Notes under the pieces: generated by a model
The model's database searches: none
What the model was told of the DNA's origin: nothing
The model's input: only the letters and a program-made list of their open reading frames with translations
DNA from: a virus
Length of the DNA: 64,000 nt
Reading direction: 5' to 3' (one strand)
IMG/VR virus record: IMGVR_UViG_3300037465_000316
Translations under genes and position numbers: made by a program
In this document: positions 20,301-27,732 of the stretch, piece after piece
How the letters are laid out: the number at the start of each line of letters is the position of its first letter
How positions within the stretch are numbered: position 1 is the stretch's first letter

Positions 20301-22936
20301 CCCTCGCCCTCAAGGATGCCAGCCTGCCTTGTAGCCAGCTCCTTAAATTTCTCTTTGGCGGTCGCCATCTTGCCGAGGCCAATCTTGCGTTGTGGCCCAT
20401 CAGGGTTGTGGTAGGCCCTGGATATACCTGAGACAGCCATCCAGAGAGCTTCCTCAGCTTCCTGCTTGAGTGCGCTAATCTGTTTGTTAGTGTCTTTATC
20501 GAGGTAGCCAAATCGCTCCATTAAGGCAGGAGAAGAAATATATTGGTCGCCAAGTTTATAGATGACATCATCACCGAACATATCTTCCAGCGCCTTCGCG
20601 CCGGCAGTCCGGTTGAATTTACTCATCCAGTATTCTTGTTGGCCAAGTTGATCTTTCTTGATATTTTCGGTCAGGGATTCGAGGTTTTCTCTTTTCCTGG
20701 TAAATAGCTCGACGGCCATCTCCCGGTCCTGGAGCAGTTGTTCCAGGTCAACAATACGATTCTCCGGGCGAATGTCTATGCCCTGGTTGAGTAAAGACGC
20801 CTCGGCCAGAGCATTATAGGGCTGCCGGTACTTCTTGCCTTCCCTCGCCATTTTGTCCCAAAGCCGGCCCATACCCATATCACGGAAGATTTCACCTTCC
20901 TCGAAGCTAAAGGCCACTGATTGCTGATTGGATGACTCACGTACCAGCTTCGCCCCAAACGGCAGGAGGTATGCCTCCTGTTCCATGACGGCTCGATGCA
21001 GGTGCTCACCACCCGTTGTCTTGCCAATCGGCCGGTGAGATAGAATCCGGCCAGCTTTAGAGAGTTGGTGAAGCCGCGCCCCGGTCATTGTTTGGGCCAT
21101 CGGCACTCTAACCCTATGGGCGTCCAGGTACTTCTGATAAACCGCATTGGCTTTATCAAAGCCTTCTACGGTTGAAATACGGTCCGGTAATGGTTCGCCA
21201 TGAACGGACATCCAGTAGGATTCTAATTCTTCGCGGGGCATGAAATTGAGAACATTGGCCATAAACTGCCGCGAGCTAGATGGAGCGTTACCCATAAAAG
21301 CCACCGGAAAGCCGGTCTGCTCCCCGGAGAGCAACCCACGCATGTGACCGGCGAGAGCCTTTATGCCACCATATTTGAGCGCAGCGCCGCCACCGACTGA
21401 GGTTTCACGATGGCCTTGAAGCTGCATGTACTGGTCGGAATAACCCTCTTTGTTCATGGCCTCGGTGATGCTGTAGCCGGTGATAATGGCTCTCTGGAAG
21501 TTGTCAATGATGTCATGTCCTCCATGACCTTCGTAAGCGGTCAGTTTCTGACCCGGCCCCACCATCATCTCGGTAGACCGGGCGCCGGCAATAATCTGCT
21601 TCCGGGTATTTTTGAGCATAGCATCCCGCTGCCGGTTGAGTGAGGCCGAGCCAAGATTCATCTTTTTGAGCCGGGCCTCTTCCTGAAGCAAAGCTGGATC
21701 AGCCAGGCCGAGCTTTTTAATAATATGGCGTTCATCCATGCCACGAGGGATTTTGATACGATAATCCTCTGGCTTATCCTCAAAGCGTTCCATGATGTAT
21801 CTGGCGACTTTGGGATCAATAAAGCCCTGGCCTTCGGCCAGTGTATGGTGGGAGAAAAATAGTCCAGGGAGAGGAACGGCAGTATCGCCAAATTGCTGGC
21901 TGCCCCAAAGGAGATTAGCGCGAGCTTCCGGTAGAGGCTTGCCCGACCTCGCGCCAAAGGGGGAATATTCTCGCATGTGCAGCTTGGGGCGTTTGGCCGC
22001 AGCCTTCATGATTTTCTTGAGACCACCTCCCTCACCCAAATGAAGGAGATCGCCCTCCGAAATGTAGCCTGGGATTTGCTTCAGCGCCTCAAATGAGATG
22101 CGAGTGCCTTTAGCCGAAACCCCGGCCATTGCCTCCTCTACATCGCTGGGGACCGTTACACCTGGATCGTAATAGTCCCTGACCGAGCGAACTTCCTTGG
22201 TGCGTCCTGCCTCGCTGCGGTAGGCCAGGCTGGGGTCAATCATGTTCCAGCGTTTGGAGTCGGAGAAATTTAGCTCCTGGATAACAGACCGCTGACCTTG
22301 TGTGTCAAACTGCTTTTGCAGGGCCCCCATGATCATACCCTCAAGGTCAGGCAACTCGCGGTCAGTGTGTTTGGATTTAATGACGTGGGATGACCCAGAG
22401 CCAACCACGCCAACAGTTAGGTTGTTATCAACTACACCAATCTTGAAGGGTGGCCCAACGGGAGATTCCTGGCCATTTATGCGCTGCATGGGCCGGACGA
22501 TGACATGCCCGCCAAAAATATCAGGCTGGAACTCCTGCTTGACAAAGAATTGTTGCTTCAGGTTGGGATGTGGGTCAACCCTCTGTTTATTGTAACCTTT
22601 AGCAACCTTGAGAACCGTGTTGACCACGCGCATCAGGTTTTGGTTCTCAAGGTTGCCTTCCCGTTGAAGTGATTGGGTGGTATAACCACTTCTCTGAGCA
22701 GCAGTATAAGGGTCTTGCCGGTACTGCCTGGCTAAATGGGCTGGATAGCCCATATCTCGCTGGAGCGCCGGCGAGGCCATGAGTTGTTTCTGCTCACGGT
22801 CAATTTTTCTTAAATCCTGGGTAACATCTCCTAAAACACCGGCCATCTCCTGGCCAAGTGATTGGGATGGCGTTGGAACTGTACTCCCTTTGAACTGCTT
22901 ATATAGGTCTTGAAGATCGTCGGGTATGCTTGGCAT
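14333..22936 (-). CDS. tape measure protein with N-terminal RNA-polymerase-like (double-psi barrel) region
   Basis: Follows frameshifted chaperones; long coiled-coil with W/F periodicity; two AEGG..PT..GE.G.E..VP motifs; N-half carries EGQGFID, KYGGIKA, GRTP, GGDNDSD, QPLIDQK. Start placed at MPSIPDD. Confidence 0.85.
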   Translation of the reverse strand: MPSIPDDLQDLYKQFKGSTVPTPSQSLGQEMAGVLGDVTQDLRKIDREQKQLMASPALQRDMGYPAHLARQYRQDPYTAAQRSGYTTQSLQREGNLENQNLMRVVNTVLKVAKGYNKQRVDPHPNLKQQFFVKQEFQPDIFGGHVIVRPMQRINGQESPVGPPFKIGVVDNNLTVGVVGSGSSHVIKSKHTDRELPDLEGMIMGALQKQFDTQGQRSVIQELNFSDSKRWNMIDPSLAYRSEAGRTKEVRSVRDYYDPGVTVPSDVEEAMAGVSAKGTRISFEALKQIPGYISEGDLLHLGEGGGLKKIMKAAAKRPKLHMREYSPFGARSGKPLPEARANLLWGSQQFGDTAVPLPGLFFSHHTLAEGQGFIDPKVARYIMERFEDKPEDYRIKIPRGMDERHIIKKLGLADPALLQEEARLKKMNLGSASLNRQRDAMLKNTRKQIIAGARSTEMMVGPGQKLTAYEGHGGHDIIDNFQRAIITGYSITEAMNKEGYSDQYMQLQGHRETSVGGGAALKYGGIKALAGHMRGLLSGEQTGFPVAFMGNAPSSSRQFMANVLNFMPREELESYWMSVHGEPLPDRISTVEGFDKANAVYQKYLDAHRVRVPMAQTMTGARLHQLSKAGRILSHRPIGKTTGGEHLHRAVMEQEAYLLPFGAKLVRESSNQQSVAFSFEEGEIFRDMGMGRLWDKMAREGKKYRQPYNALAEASLLNQGIDIRPENRIVDLEQLLQDREMAVELFTRKRENLESLTENIKKDQLGQQEYWMSKFNRTAGAKALEDMFGDDVIYKLGDQYISSPALMERFGYLDKDTNKQISALKQEAEEALWMAVSGISRAYHNPDGPQRKIGLGKMATAKEKFKELATRQAGILEGEGARKAWLSQRTKRGVESVYLSLDELGSNEVGFSYKAISDIFGLHKASVDWRTDEGRAEIDRLANAGELRVTGGRTPVADPTRQYGIVLNVVSPGIMKERGSAVDFGTSRTPYFNPLFAMAQGGDNDSDRARLAASTMVSRVGGNLTASNLFKTSTPGLIRTLAENHPAGEYQDYREKLGQGAMESKFRDFKGAYDQKTIEQFSQAESQALKAQTGTVYNLFRRILPHFADKRAVGKASAKYFQPLIDQKAYQEGEPMSDLVNFLSSFDPFTAKARGTEIQPGQDPFKQGQEYLESILARMGDANSEWAGAMPIILKGFAHANVLKNIRDFKSKAASPDFTKTNKDPAIKAYHEALTQNIDLLSAEDRAKFLEVQASHGNNSWALFRASLQQQEAAGRTLSPKQLQVLANMRKQRSDLTEAEIQAAQQLNIRNQQSIADLLEKIAPRLGVMEGTQDEFDVISGIMGAVARSGSPLRQSGQKLARGRRFQELNLTPKPAYTYEERKMVEEFDKPYQKPTKKEEEVLPFAEGGIMERPTVFGRTTDGRKMVGGEAGKEFIVPESKVQASGRGTLEFDPSTLGRGRDKGSRRYFAEGDIIDEEYYRAERLGMMKDDPTEAGARARGKYMEQFDSPQVQAMKAGLDALSRKLQTSGREYVDLETGEVNGGGVRAGSTVYKQTEIKSFTKPFTSKLEQQYAILAREMENYAAQIKTLYESGGTLKDTQGEFTDVLKSATATYHSVVEQNERARKTQIRFNLQQREADETITEREKSALQKFREGRPQDVTSVEAQIARRVYSSTERLLQPLRDPLTNKVGATEGSVYQMAAEIGARPVGARREDIQAEKHRFTLSRLDRGMMDIISRQVALDAGRRDRRGIDVDAQATATEIAGLAQQRRELYQQYVPRKRQYDEALAQGRMGEAKNIHKELDPLVTRMAELKDQISLLKPEVQEHVEALKNQTATIKERISEDEKIYANLKTRYDTLETQKQGKVGLARLAAASEQLPVREQMDEYNRRITGRKQALGAREAEIDQLQALLSTSAGGTPRSMGRQPQTIMDRMQGWFGRQFNPQRLFYESQALAQGYYMLGQPLARAREGFLSSEMSRGRMEFALGMGGVGPDIAAVQRQRATMGDFTIGVGKGVNEAVSPWVDWIGQKMAESEQFAPTLGKLGTYGVGLGTAGFLANKFGMFGLAQQGLGLLGSGSALGGAGLLAAPFIGGAAATGVYELARQNGFMNNVPLRGIMDFATMGAASPLMRMMGIDPRQFNQVDYSGQSVADTFGMYKDVAGFGLDTLVNAKVMGMRNPVGTALGWLGWGQGTNEEIARRWSGQPPIEEALSPEEKRYRESRDVLEARRGTREADLAKEITNIREDFKRELGGRVTVEQAGEIIREYAEVTGAGAKDIISGPARRNITNIAQMALDAGMEPEQLVKYIGQAPKAAGVGFRSPMTNQILEMFSGVRSISEIESLMSSMQAVSGSVQATGLFGNVTGITKTYDQIMRDKGQYQAQRYLSQITLGNAYDYSQQAYAAGTPELALMDQAEPWRPRYERETRQIEDRRRGEDLSRSFSYQQQEIDWAEQRLDLEEQFWDLRMDMREKDFGFQNRQHDLTMQQMQWNLDKQDEYARLQETNFKRNWEINLKLFDLQTQWREQDFDKQESRMETTRAWQVEDFGYKRETFEMQQGWQQEDMERSLRYATGRQRLDIKRQMERATIMANLQRSQMSREEGRAEQQYEWQKEDLATDRERWGIARPLQREQMEGSFEYQQQIMELQEQDREKQRAFAQEQMQLMSDRHKAWLENYERETPLLEDRHNLELEMALANLQRQKDSLQLAKARAVEDEKMLGWQRELQKAQQLYNATQQLGLATTKEWNRELAKMAEHLGSISRNMPDRPSSSSRPNQFGAHMMAEGGSTRRPTFAMLSEHGQEEYVVPSHGALVLKEGGSQTEEKMLNLLSVIANALQSGAKIVVDTEALKADGFLHVEDFDQGYK

Positions 22937-23312
22937 GTTCTTCCTGTAGCCTCTTATTTGCTTCAGCGACCCTATTTTTCTCACGTTGCCACTTTATTCG
23001 CTCATCATCAATGATATCGAAGCAAAGCATGAGAATATGAGGCTGGTCGAGCAGTCCACCCGCGAGCGGGCTGACTCTATATCGCTCAAACTCAGCCTTG
23101 AGGGTCACTTCATAAGGCGCAGGGAGAATCTTTTTCGGCTTAGGCGCTTCCAGAAGGCCGGCGCGTTGTTTGACAATTTGGAGAGGGTCGTAGGGTTGTT
23201 CTTCTTCGTCCGGCGTTCTAAGAAACTCTCTAATTTGTTCAGCGAACTCTTTTAGAGCTTCGTTGAAGAGGGTTGCGATTCGGTAGCCGGCTCGCCGGCA
23301 GCGTCTTCCCCC
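22899..23312 (-). CDS. tail assembly chaperone extension (gpT-like) reached by -1 frameshift
   Basis: -1 frame open 23327 to 22899 with no good start; PLAGGLLDQP motif; G GGG GAA at 23312-23306. Confidence 0.75.
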   Translation of the reverse strand, partial: GGRRCRRAGYRIATLFNEALKEFAEQIREFLRTPDEEEQPYDPLQIVKQRAGLLEAPKPKKILPAPYEVTLKAEFERYRVSPLAGGLLDQPHILMLCFDIIDDERIKWQREKNRVAEANKRLQEEHAKHTRRSSRPI

Positions 23313-23764
23313 TCCGTTAGAGCTTCTTCATCTTCATTTTCATCTGAAACGCCGAACCCCCAAGTGGGGTTGAGTAAGAGGCATTTATTATAGATAGCCT
23401 CTGCCCATTCGGGAGGTAGTTGGCCCCACTTTTCCATGAACTGATCGAAGGTCAGCTGGATTTTTCCATTCTTAAGTGGAAATAAGGGAGTCTTGCCATC
23501 GAACATGGTTATATTACACGAGGTCATAGTTAGCCAGGTGTCTACAGCCATGCGCTTTGCAAATGGTGTAAGTTCTTCAGCGACCGAGAAACCATCCTCC
23601 CCCTCCCACTTCCGGGTGACCGGCCGGGAGAGCATCTCTTGACGTTTCAGCGCATCGCCCTGGGTAGCCTGGCGAATTGTAACGATAAGAGGGTCTTCTT
23701 TGGAAAGGCTGGGACCCTCAATAATCTTGAACTCTCTTTGAAGTGGAACTATTAAACTTGGCAT
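23252..23764 (-). CDS. tail assembly chaperone (gpG-like)
   Basis: Upstream of the TMP; GGAG RBS before ATG 23764. The longer TTG start lies inside the promoter. Confidence 0.8.
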   Translation of the reverse strand: MPSLIVPLQREFKIIEGPSLSKEDPLIVTIRQATQGDALKRQEMLSRPVTRKWEGEDGFSVAEELTPFAKRMAVDTWLTMTSCNITMFDGKTPLFPLKNGKIQLTFDQFMEKWGQLPPEWAEAIYNKCLLLNPTWGFGVSDENEDEEALTEGEDAAGEPATESQPSSTKL

Positions 23765-23807
23765 CAGGGAATCTCCTTGATTAACTAATTTTTGATAGAT
23801 TGGCTCA

Positions 23808-23839
23808 AGGCTATCAAAAAATCGAGGCAAACTCAATAG
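23808..23839 (-). promoter_or_regulatory. late-class promoter for chaperone-TMP
   Basis: CTATTGAGTTTG-...; TTGAGT-17 nt-TAGCCT. Confidence 0.7.
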
Positions 23840-23851
23840 TTTTGAGATTCA

Positions 23852-23879
23852 AAAAGCCCTCTAATCTCAGAGGGCTTTT
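23852..23879. terminator. intrinsic terminator
   Basis: AAAAGCCCTCT-6 nt-AGAGGGCTTTT. Confidence 0.85.
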
Positions 23880-23903
23880 CTACACTTTTTCCCTGGGGTA
23901 AAA

Positions 23904-24554
23904 TTATTTCACCGCGCAGGTGACTGAACCGCTCCCGTGGGCAACAACATAGTAAGTGCCTGGTGGAACGCTTGGCACGGTGCTATCCAGAGAAAAAGAC
24001 CCGACTTTAGTTACAGTCCCGCCTCCTAACGAAGCTGTAACGGTTGCGGTCGTCGCCACACAGGTGGCCTGCAAAGTATCTACCTGGTTGGTGAAAGTAA
24101 CAGTATAAACCTCACCATTTGAGAAGCCATAACCAGAGACATTGAGAGGCGCACCCGCTGTGCCACTGGCGGCGCTTGTCACCAACGCCGGCTTCAAGCT
24201 CGCAGTGTAACTGGAGTTTGCAGAATTGTTATCGTTTTTGGCCTTAACGGTCACATTCCCGAATAAAATGGAGCGAGGTATCTGGATACTCGACGTAAAC
24301 ACCCCACTTCCATTTGCCGGACCTCTGGCCATCCGCACGTTATTAAGTTGAATCTCAACCGTCTCCCCGGCTGCGAAACCAGAGGCGGTAAAAACGTGCG
24401 TCTCAATGGGCTTGATAGTCACCGGGCCGGTGATCGCTGCGGCTGTAACCTCGAACTGCTGCGCCGGCTGCGCCTGGACCTCCGGGAGCATCCATAATGC
24501 ACCCGTAATCATCCCCAGCGCCAGTATAAGTGTGGTTAATAGTTTTTTGAACAT
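23904..24554 (-). CDS. secreted protein with signal peptide and two Ig-like repeats
   Basis: MFKKLLTTLILALGMITGALW..VQA signal; repeats ASGFAAGETV..G.F..SIQIP..G and GYGFSNGEVY..GSF...VP..PGTY. Confidence 0.7.
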   Translation of the reverse strand: MFKKLLTTLILALGMITGALWMLPEVQAQPAQQFEVTAAAITGPVTIKPIETHVFTASGFAAGETVEIQLNNVRMARGPANGSGVFTSSIQIPRSILFGNVTVKAKNDNNSANSSYTASLKPALVTSAASGTAGAPLNVSGYGFSNGEVYTVTFTNQVDTLQATCVATTATVTASLGGGTVTKVGSFSLDSTVPSVPPGTYYVVAHGSGSVTCAVK

Positions 24555-24602
24555 GAAAGTCTCCTTAAACTAATGAATAAATGGCGGCTCAGGTTTCAGA
24601 AC

Positions 24603-25688
24603 TTAGGCTACGGGCATCGGGTAAGATGCTTGAGCATTACTCAGGATAAACTTGAAATAGTCCTCGGCCAGCGTTGAATCTGCCTCGACAGCAACCCCGG
24701 TTACGTTCATCATTAGTAATTCATCTCCACTGAGCTGGATAGGGTCATATCGCCAATCAACCTTTGGAGCTTCGATACGAAACGTCCAGGGGAATGGGAC
24801 TGCATCACTGATATCGCAGGGTGATTCAACCTCAAGCTGTAAATCTGTATATTCACAACATGGTCGGAAGTCCAGAGTGGCCGGATCGCCGCCATTGATG
24901 ATGAACCTATATAAGTCAGGGTTATCCCACTTATAGGTAAACTCGATGGTCAGACTACGCTGCCGAGTAGTGAAATCCTCCGGGAAGTAACTCCCAATTA
25001 CCCGCTCTTCCTGGGGAGTGGACGTGTTGTTATTTAGCGTCACCCTGGCGTTTGTAGCTGGCAGAGGCACACCCCCACCAAAGACCCAATTGGGCAGTAG
25101 TAGACCACTACCCTTCATCACCATAGGCACAGAGTCGTAATTCTCCGTAACATCTGCCCAGGCGAATAGATCGGGGGCGTTATCGAATAAGAACTCCCTG
25201 CCGAGAATTTGAAGATCAGTAGATAGTGGTCCCACTTGGGGGTAGTTAATAACCATCGTCGGGATAATACAGTCTTTTCCCGTTTCGCCGAGGTCCTTAG
25301 TAGTGTCCCGGCCGGGAATCACCCGCCGAAATCCCATGAACGGGATAAAGATAGCATTACCCGGTTTTTGGGTAAATGTGTGGGTGAAGCCAGTAGTCGC
25401 ATTGGCGACACTGGAGCAGTTACCCGCAGCTCCGAGCAAAAGCCAGCCAAAGTCTCCCTCTAGCCGGGGCTGAAGGCTAACCCGGCCTCCGAACCCGGCC
25501 CCGGTCTTATATGCCCCTGTTGGGTTATTAATCCCCGAAATCTCCGGGGGCGCTACTTCTTTCTGAACATCTGGCCCGTATCCGGCAAACAAGGCTTTGT
25601 GGCGATACCAGGTCCCTACCGGCTGGCCCTTCTCACCATTCGCCTGTATCCCGAATCCGAACAGTCCTGCTTGTGCTGTTACAGACAT
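24603..25688 (-). CDS. major tail tube protein
   Basis: 361 aa, beta-rich, between neck genes and chaperones; FTHTFTQ motif. Confidence 0.75.
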   Translation of the reverse strand: MSVTAQAGLFGFGIQANGEKGQPVGTWYRHKALFAGYGPDVQKEVAPPEISGINNPTGAYKTGAGFGGRVSLQPRLEGDFGWLLLGAAGNCSSVANATTGFTHTFTQKPGNAIFIPFMGFRRVIPGRDTTKDLGETGKDCIIPTMVINYPQVGPLSTDLQILGREFLFDNAPDLFAWADVTENYDSVPMVMKGSGLLLPNWVFGGGVPLPATNARVTLNNNTSTPQEERVIGSYFPEDFTTRQRSLTIEFTYKWDNPDLYRFIINGGDPATLDFRPCCEYTDLQLEVESPCDISDAVPFPWTFRIEAPKVDWRYDPIQLSGDELLMMNVTGVAVEADSTLAEDYFKFILSNAQASYPMPVA

Positions 25689-25694
25689 GTTTAG

Positions 25695-25725
25695 ATCTCC
25701 CTTTAATTATGAGGCTCAGGGAGAT
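25695..25725 (-). promoter_or_regulatory. SD-sequestering hairpin in the tail tube leader
   Basis: mRNA AUCUCCC-UGAGCCUCAUAAUUAAA-GGGAGAU, then 6 nt to AUG. Confidence 0.7.
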
Positions 25726-25732
25726 TTTTTTG

Positions 25733-26509
25733 TCAGACAGTAACCCTTGAGAATCTGACCTCAAGTTTTCTGATTTTGACCATGCTTTCTTCAGATACAC
25801 GCCGGGCGAATTTGGCGTTAAACTGTTTGAGCTGGTCGAGTCGGCGCCCGTCTCGTTGAAGATAAGCCACCGCGTCAGCCCAGGTTTTGGGTGATGCTTT
25901 GGCATCCACGAGTTGGACGCCAGACGCCGGACTCAGAGAATAATAACCGCCAATGTTAGTGGCCAGCACCGCAGCGCCGGCATACATCACAGAAAGCGGA
26001 TATGCGACAGAGTTGATCGAGTTTGGTATGCTCGGCAAAAGAAGAATGTCGCACCTGGCCGCAAAGTCGTCAAAGTCGAGAGCAATTTCACACTCAAGAC
26101 CGTCAATTGGCTCACCATAGATCAAGAAGATTTCCTTAAGGCGCTTGAGCATTTGCCTATTGCCAAAGTTGTTTAGATTCATGTCGGCTGTGTGATTAAG
26201 CAGACCGACCCGGATCGACTCATTTTGAACAGATAACTTTCGGCTGTGCCCAAACGGAGCCGAAAAAGCCAATGTGCCGCTGTAACGGCGAACAATAGAC
26301 ACCATCTGCTCAGTGTCACAGACTACCGCGTCAGCAGTACGAATCAGTTGACGCATAGCATCTGTGTTTGGATGGTAGGCTCTGGTATGATTCATGATGT
26401 CAAGCGTCAAGTCTACCACCAATGGTTGAGGCAAACTACCACTTACCTCGATGGGGTCGAATAGGGGATTTATACTTGTGCCCTCGTAAAGCATGCTTCT
26501 GACATTCAT
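25733..26509 (-). CDS. GT-B (family 4-like) glycosyltransferase
   Basis: LIRTADAVVCDT; CDILLLPS...LSVMYAGAAVLATNIGG nucleotide-sugar-binding signature. Confidence 0.65.
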   Translation of the reverse strand: MNVRSMLYEGTSINPLFDPIEVSGSLPQPLVVDLTLDIMNHTRAYHPNTDAMRQLIRTADAVVCDTEQMVSIVRRYSGTLAFSAPFGHSRKLSVQNESIRVGLLNHTADMNLNNFGNRQMLKRLKEIFLIYGEPIDGLECEIALDFDDFAARCDILLLPSIPNSINSVAYPLSVMYAGAAVLATNIGGYYSLSPASGVQLVDAKASPKTWADAVAYLQRDGRRLDQLKQFNAKFARRVSEESMVKIRKLEVRFSRVTV

Positions 26510-26527
26510 AATGATTTTCTCCTTGAG

Positions 26528-27103
26528 CTAAACTTCCAAAAAGGCTTCAAATTGAAGCCACATTTTACCCCGGTAAAGAGTTTCATCCCTAGACCCCCTG
26601 GGCAACATCCGCGTTGCCTTAACTGCATTAGACCCACGAACCAGGTGAAAACCTAGATCGTCTTTTTGTCGCAACTTGGCCAGCTTCCCTTTTCGCACAT
26701 CGGATTCTCGGACAATAGCTGCATGAATCCGTCTCAGAATAAGTTGTGATGTAACAAGCGACTGATCCCTATTAGCCCCCCGCTGCTTAAAGAAGAACGT
26801 GAAATCAACCGTATATCTGAGATTGAAATATTGGCCAAGACCCATCTCGATGTACTTGGCGCTATCATATTGGTTGTACTGTGCGCCAGGACTGGCAATT
26901 TCGGCATCGCGCCAACCATCCTCATCAGCCGGATCGTTGGGAGAAACAGAGGCGCTCAACGGAACGTCTGCAAACTCCTCCGATTTTGGCCGAATCTCAA
27001 CCAGGTCAAGCCGCGAAGAGTCTTCCCTGGGGAGGCCTGTATAAGTCTCATGGATAATATCCAGAACTGTATACATGAGATTGACGCTTAAAAGATTGGT
27101 CAC
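26528..27103 (-). CDS. neck / tail terminator-like protein
   Basis: Synteny between the adaptor and the tail tube. Confidence 0.55.
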   Translation of the reverse strand: MTNLLSVNLMYTVLDIIHETYTGLPREDSSRLDLVEIRPKSEEFADVPLSASVSPNDPADEDGWRDAEIASPGAQYNQYDSAKYIEMGLGQYFNLRYTVDFTFFFKQRGANRDQSLVTSQLILRRIHAAIVRESDVRKGKLAKLRQKDDLGFHLVRGSNAVKATRMLPRGSRDETLYRGKMWLQFEAFLEV

Positions 27104-27720
27104 TGAAAATCACCATCATCATTGCTATGAGTATTCACAATCTCGTAAAACCTGTCCCTTATCAACTCAGCGACTGCCGTAAAGGGGTTATGGGTTGGGT
27201 TGCCTGGCGCATCCTCCGGGGAAACAAACTTTCGATATCTCGCGTCAGTAATTGCTTCCCTGGTGATCGCTTGCAAACAGACATATAAGGCGCAGGCTTC
27301 ATGCGCCCACATTGGTACATGGACCGGGCTATCTTCGGCCCGGATGGATGGAAAATAGGCATCATAGATAAGATACCATTCAGCCGGAATAGGGCCGGCG
27401 ATGATAATCTTTTCCTCGATGACATAAAAGCCCTGTGCCCCACATGCAGCCATTTCCATATTGATGCGGGGCATAGCCTGGCTATTGTGAAAAATCCCCC
27501 TGACTCTGTAAAAGCAGTCAGGAGCATCAATTTCGCAGCCATCATCATACTTATAAATCCGGTGACGTTGCTGAGGTTTCATTGTGGCCAGGCGGATCTG
27601 GCCATTGTTCCACCAATTAACAACGTCACCGGGATCATATCTAGGTGTAGAGCCTTCTGGCACTTCATCATTGAGCAGAGTCAGCACCATAGGCTCTATC
27701 TCTTTCCACTTCGGAAGCAT
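27100..27720 (-). CDS. head-tail adaptor-like protein
   Basis: Directly after the capsid gene; VVNWWNNGQIRLA and HVPMWAHEACALYVC adaptor-like pattern. Confidence 0.6.
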   Translation of the reverse strand: MLPKWKEIEPMVLTLLNDEVPEGSTPRYDPGDVVNWWNNGQIRLATMKPQQRHRIYKYDDGCEIDAPDCFYRVRGIFHNSQAMPRINMEMAACGAQGFYVIEEKIIIAGPIPAEWYLIYDAYFPSIRAEDSPVHVPMWAHEACALYVCLQAITREAITDARYRKFVSPEDAPGNPTHNPFTAVAELIRDRFYEIVNTHSNDDGDFQ

Positions 27721-27732
27721 GATTGCTCCTAA

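Noticed and set aside
14659-22595. Many 60-170 aa ORFs antisense or out of frame within the TMP and other long genes
   Set aside because: Shadow ORFs with no RBS or motifs.
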